A stretch of DNA of 64,000 bases, taken from positions 1,426,001 through 1,490,000 of the forward strand of contig JAYWIR010000031.1 of the NCBI GenBank assembly GCA_036172245.1. The letters are read 5' to 3'. Under the pieces are notes generated by a model, which saw only the letters and a list, made by a program, of their open reading frames with translations, did no database searches and was not told the origin of the DNA. Positions 60,818 to 64,000 of the stretch are shown piece after piece. The stretch comes from Raillietiella orientalis. Its lineage: Eukaryota. The position numbers and the translations under genes are program-made. The first letter of the stretch is position 1. Each line of letters starts with the position of its first letter.

Positions 60818-62970
60818 ACCGACCTTTACGATGGATCTGTGACCACCTTTAGAGGGCCGACTAGGGCAACAGCACCGGTGGCTATCCGAGCAGGTGTTCG
60901 ACAGGGCTGCCCCCTCAGCGGCCTCCTGTTCAACCTGGCGTTGGAACCCATCCTATCCACCCTCTCTGACCGGTGCCCAGACTGCGTCTGTCTCGCATAC
61001 GCGGACGACGTATCGCTCGTCTGTGAGTCCCCTCAATCCCTCCAACGTGCTCTGGATGTGCTTTATTACGCGTCGGGGAAAGGTGGGTTGCGAATAAACC
61101 CAAGCAAGTGTGACTCCTACCACTTGGTGCATCAGCGCCCGGCTGGCACTCGGCCCACGACCTTTCGGGTGTGCAACGCCCCCATTCCCGTAGTGGAGGA
61201 CTCTGATGTCTACTCCTACCTTGGAAAGCCGGTGGGCTTCTATGCCCTCGAATCGGATGCCGGGGAAACACATATCCTTGACTCCCTCCAGAGACTGATG
61301 GACTCCCCCCTGACCCCCTGGCAAAAACTAGATGCCCTTAAGGTTTTCTTCTTCCTTGCCCTCACGCACTCCTTCCGGCTAGGGCATAAATCCTTGGCCT
61401 TCTGGAAGTCGTTGGTCAAGAAGGTGAAGGACATAGTGAAAACACAAATCCTATCCTTGCCTCAGTCCGCCTCCTTGGAGTACCTATATACGGCCTCCAT
61501 GTACGGAGACATGGGCTGCTTGCTGCTCCAGGAGGAGAGCGCCATCATGACGGTGGACTCAGCATTTAAGTTACTGACGAGCCCGGACCCCATGATCACG
61601 CATCTGGTCCTCCACTCTCTACGGGACGCCGTCTCCCGAAGATCAAAGTGCCCCCCACCAACCTGCTCCTCTCGCGCCACCTCAATGGGGACTGCGATTC
61701 CTCACTCAACATTCCCTGCGGCGTTCCCCGTAGCTTCTGGTCCGCAGTCCGGAGCACCTCCAAGAAACTTCCTGTCCCCTGGATGCTACAGGATGACGGC
61801 GTGGAACTGATCATGGGCGGTAGGAGGATCACCATGTACCAGAGGCATCAAGTTGCTTGCAGCCTCCACAACGCCAGAAGGGACGACAGACTTGTCTCCT
61901 TCCTGCAAAAGCCCGACCAGGGAAGAATCATGGACTGTGTATGCCTCTACCCTGCATCCACTGGCTTTCTGCAACGATGTGAATCTTTGCGGTTCTCCGA
62001 CTGGAGGTTCATCCATCATGCCCGCCTTAACCTCCCCCTTAACGGGAATATGAAGCGTGAGAGCTTCCTCGAGAGTTGCCGCAGGTGCACGTTGCCCAAA
62101 GAAACTCTGTGTCACGTAATTTCCCACTGCCCCTACCACCTGGGCTCCCTCATCAAGGGACGCCGCGATGCGGTCCTCTCCCTGCTCCTAGATGCCGCAC
62201 GCGAACGTTGGCCCTGTGTTATGAGTGACCAACAGGTCGAAGATTCCAACTCCCCCTAAGGCCCAACCTGATCGCCCGGGATGGCCAGCGCGTGGTAATC
62301 ATCGACGCCTGCATCCCTTTTGAAAACCGACGGGAAGCATTCCGCAATTCGCGGGCTGAGAGAACCAAAAAATATGCCTTGCTTGTCGAATACTTCAAGA
62401 CCAAGGCTTTGCTGTTTACGTGGATGCAATTGTGGTGGGCTCCCTGGGATCCTGGGGCTCCAAAAATGACGAGTCAATCTCCCGCCTTGGCATCCCGGAT
62501 ACGGTGGCGACAACTTTGAGGAAGGCGGCAATCGCCTCCACGATAAGATGGTCAAGGGATATCTACTCCTGCCACATCGAGCGCCAAACCCCCCCTGGGC
62601 CCTCTACCCCAACAGAAGCCCCTAGTGAACCTGATGCCTCCGAATCCGGTCCGCAGCTTTCTGTCCCCAAACCCCCGCAAGATCCCCAGCCTGCAAAGCC
62701 TACACTGGAACAACGGTCGCCCTGGGAGTCACTTATGGTCCACCCAACACGTGAAGAAACCCCGCCGTTACAGCTGAGGGAGCGGAAAACTGCGACTTCA
62801 TATTCTGCTTCCATGGACCTAACCCACCCACTCATTGATGCCAGAGCCTCAATCAACTGATTGAAGAGATTAAGCCTTAGCGATTCAATTCACGAGCCGC
62901 CGCAAATACCGTAACCCCTATTTATACCTCTAGGAGAGGAAACAATGTAAATCCAAAAAGCAATAAAGAC
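60818..62970 (+). mobile_element. 5'-truncated, frameshifted RLE-type non-LTR retrotransposon, Utopia (NeSL clade)-like
   Basis: RT motifs GVRQGCPLSGLLFNL, LAYADD and YSYLG. WRFIHHARLNL, then the CCHC knuckle CRRC...ETLCHVISHC. Restriction-like endonuclease RPNLI...VIIDACIPFENR...KKY, then AIVVGSLGSW and IRWSRDIY. About 3 frameshifts (~61650, ~62255, ~62420), AATAAA at 62962-62967, and U2 sequence at both ends. Confidence 0.9.
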
Positions 62971-62984
62971 TATCTTCGGATGGG
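62971..62984 (+). repeat. U2 nt 38-42 (TATCT) followed by the right target-site duplication (62976-62984)
   Basis: AATAAAGAC|TATCT|TCGGATGGG. TATCT is the exact continuation of U2 after GTGTAG. Confidence 0.75.
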
Positions 62985-64000
62985 AACGATCCTCTTGCAG
63001 CGTATTGTCCATAGCAACGATTCCGAAGGGAATGCAGATGGCCTCCCACCGTCCCTGTCCGTCCTTCCTCGCTAGGCAGCGCAGCGCTGCGACTGGATGT
63101 GCGGCGGTGTTGACCCCAAGCATATTGGAAGCCTTGGAGACCATCCCAAGCTCGTCCGTTTCCAAGAGCCGGATGGGACCAAGCTCTCGAAAGCTTCGCG
63201 CTCCCTGCCGTCACCGGGCGCCCTCACACTTTTACTCCCTTCTCCACCTCTCCGAGCCTGCCGGTTGCCGTGGAAGCCACCGCTTCCCCTCCGAGCCGTC
63301 CTGCACCGAGGAGTGACGTCATCGTTCGAATTCCTCCCTCGTCCCTCCTTCCGCTCTTCCGTGCCCGGAAGAAATGATTCGATTCCGGTCCCGTGATGCC
63401 GTGCATTACCGTTTTAGGAGGGGAAGCGGGGAAGGAAGACAAAAAAAACGGGATAAGCCGGGATGAGCCCGCGAGGGAACGCTCCGCCAGTCCGCTGCTG
63501 TCCGGAAAACGCGATCGCGCGGAGCACTTCGACCCCTCAGAGCACCCCTGCTCTGAAAGGTCGAACGAGGGAACGATCTCTCGTCTCACACCCGGGTGGA
63601 TTGGGGATTCCCCGTCCGTCCAAATGCGCGCCCCGCGATGCGGCAAGGGACGCCTCGAGGGTGCTCCTGTTCTCGCCCGGCACGCGTGACCATTCCGCCG
63701 GCGTTGGTCACGCAGATCATCCGCCCTTCCGATCGCGGCGCCCGCGGGGAAGAGGGTGGCTGTCGCGCTGCACCCCGTCTATCGCCACCCCGGACCTCCT
63801 TCCCCCCACCTCGATCGTTCCCTCCGCTTCCCAGGCTCTGCCCCCGGGAGTCCTGTCGTCCGGGAAGGGAGGGGGAGCGGTGCCTGTCCGCGCGGATTGA
63901 TCGATGACTCCCGCCGCCCCATCCCTGCAAAGCGCGCGGGTTTGCCGAGACCAATCTCCGATCCCTCCCGCAATCGGAAGGACAGCGCGATGGCAGGAAG

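Larger units (their letters stand above)
60290..63316 (+). pseudogene. Unknown Cys-containing ORF disrupted by the U2/retrotransposon cassette (pieces 60290-60791 and 62985-63316)
   Basis: Removing 60792-62984 puts ORF-track frames 60290..60745 and 63005..63316 in one frame with a single internal TAG, which is CAG in the paralog. Confidence 0.55.

Noticed and set aside
61639..61650. AAGATCAAAGTG (U2-like 12-mer) inside the retrotransposon ORF
   Set aside because: Short and embedded in continuous coding sequence; treated as coincidence unless the family consensus conserves it.
1..64000. CRISPR array or prokaryotic operon
   Set aside because: Spliceosomal introns mark this as eukaryotic DNA, and no regular repeat-spacer array was seen.

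Overview
This is eukaryotic (arthropod-like) genomic DNA in which AT-rich host-gene blocks alternate with GC-richer blocks of decayed, intronless ORF-like sequence. Three host genes are well supported: a testin-like PET/LIM gene (- strand, runs off the left edge), an intronless 1802-aa Ral GAP alpha subunit (-), and an 11-exon CDC73/parafibromin gene (+) with mostly 37-50 nt introns. The most striking structure is at 60.8-63.0 kb. A 5'-truncated RLE-type non-LTR retrotransposon (Utopia/NeSL-like) is bracketed by U2 snRNA nt 14-37 on its left and U2 nt 38-42 on its right, but no U2 gene is present. The cassette sits inside an unrelated ORF with a 9-bp target-site duplication, and a paralogous empty site at ~57.3 kb supports the junctions. 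A second, split and inverted pair of U2 5' fragments lies at the window's first bases. At 29.9-31.7 kb is a SINE-like element with two tRNA-like heads and a duplicated, hairpin-rich body. All calls were made by eye; no database search or folding program was run.
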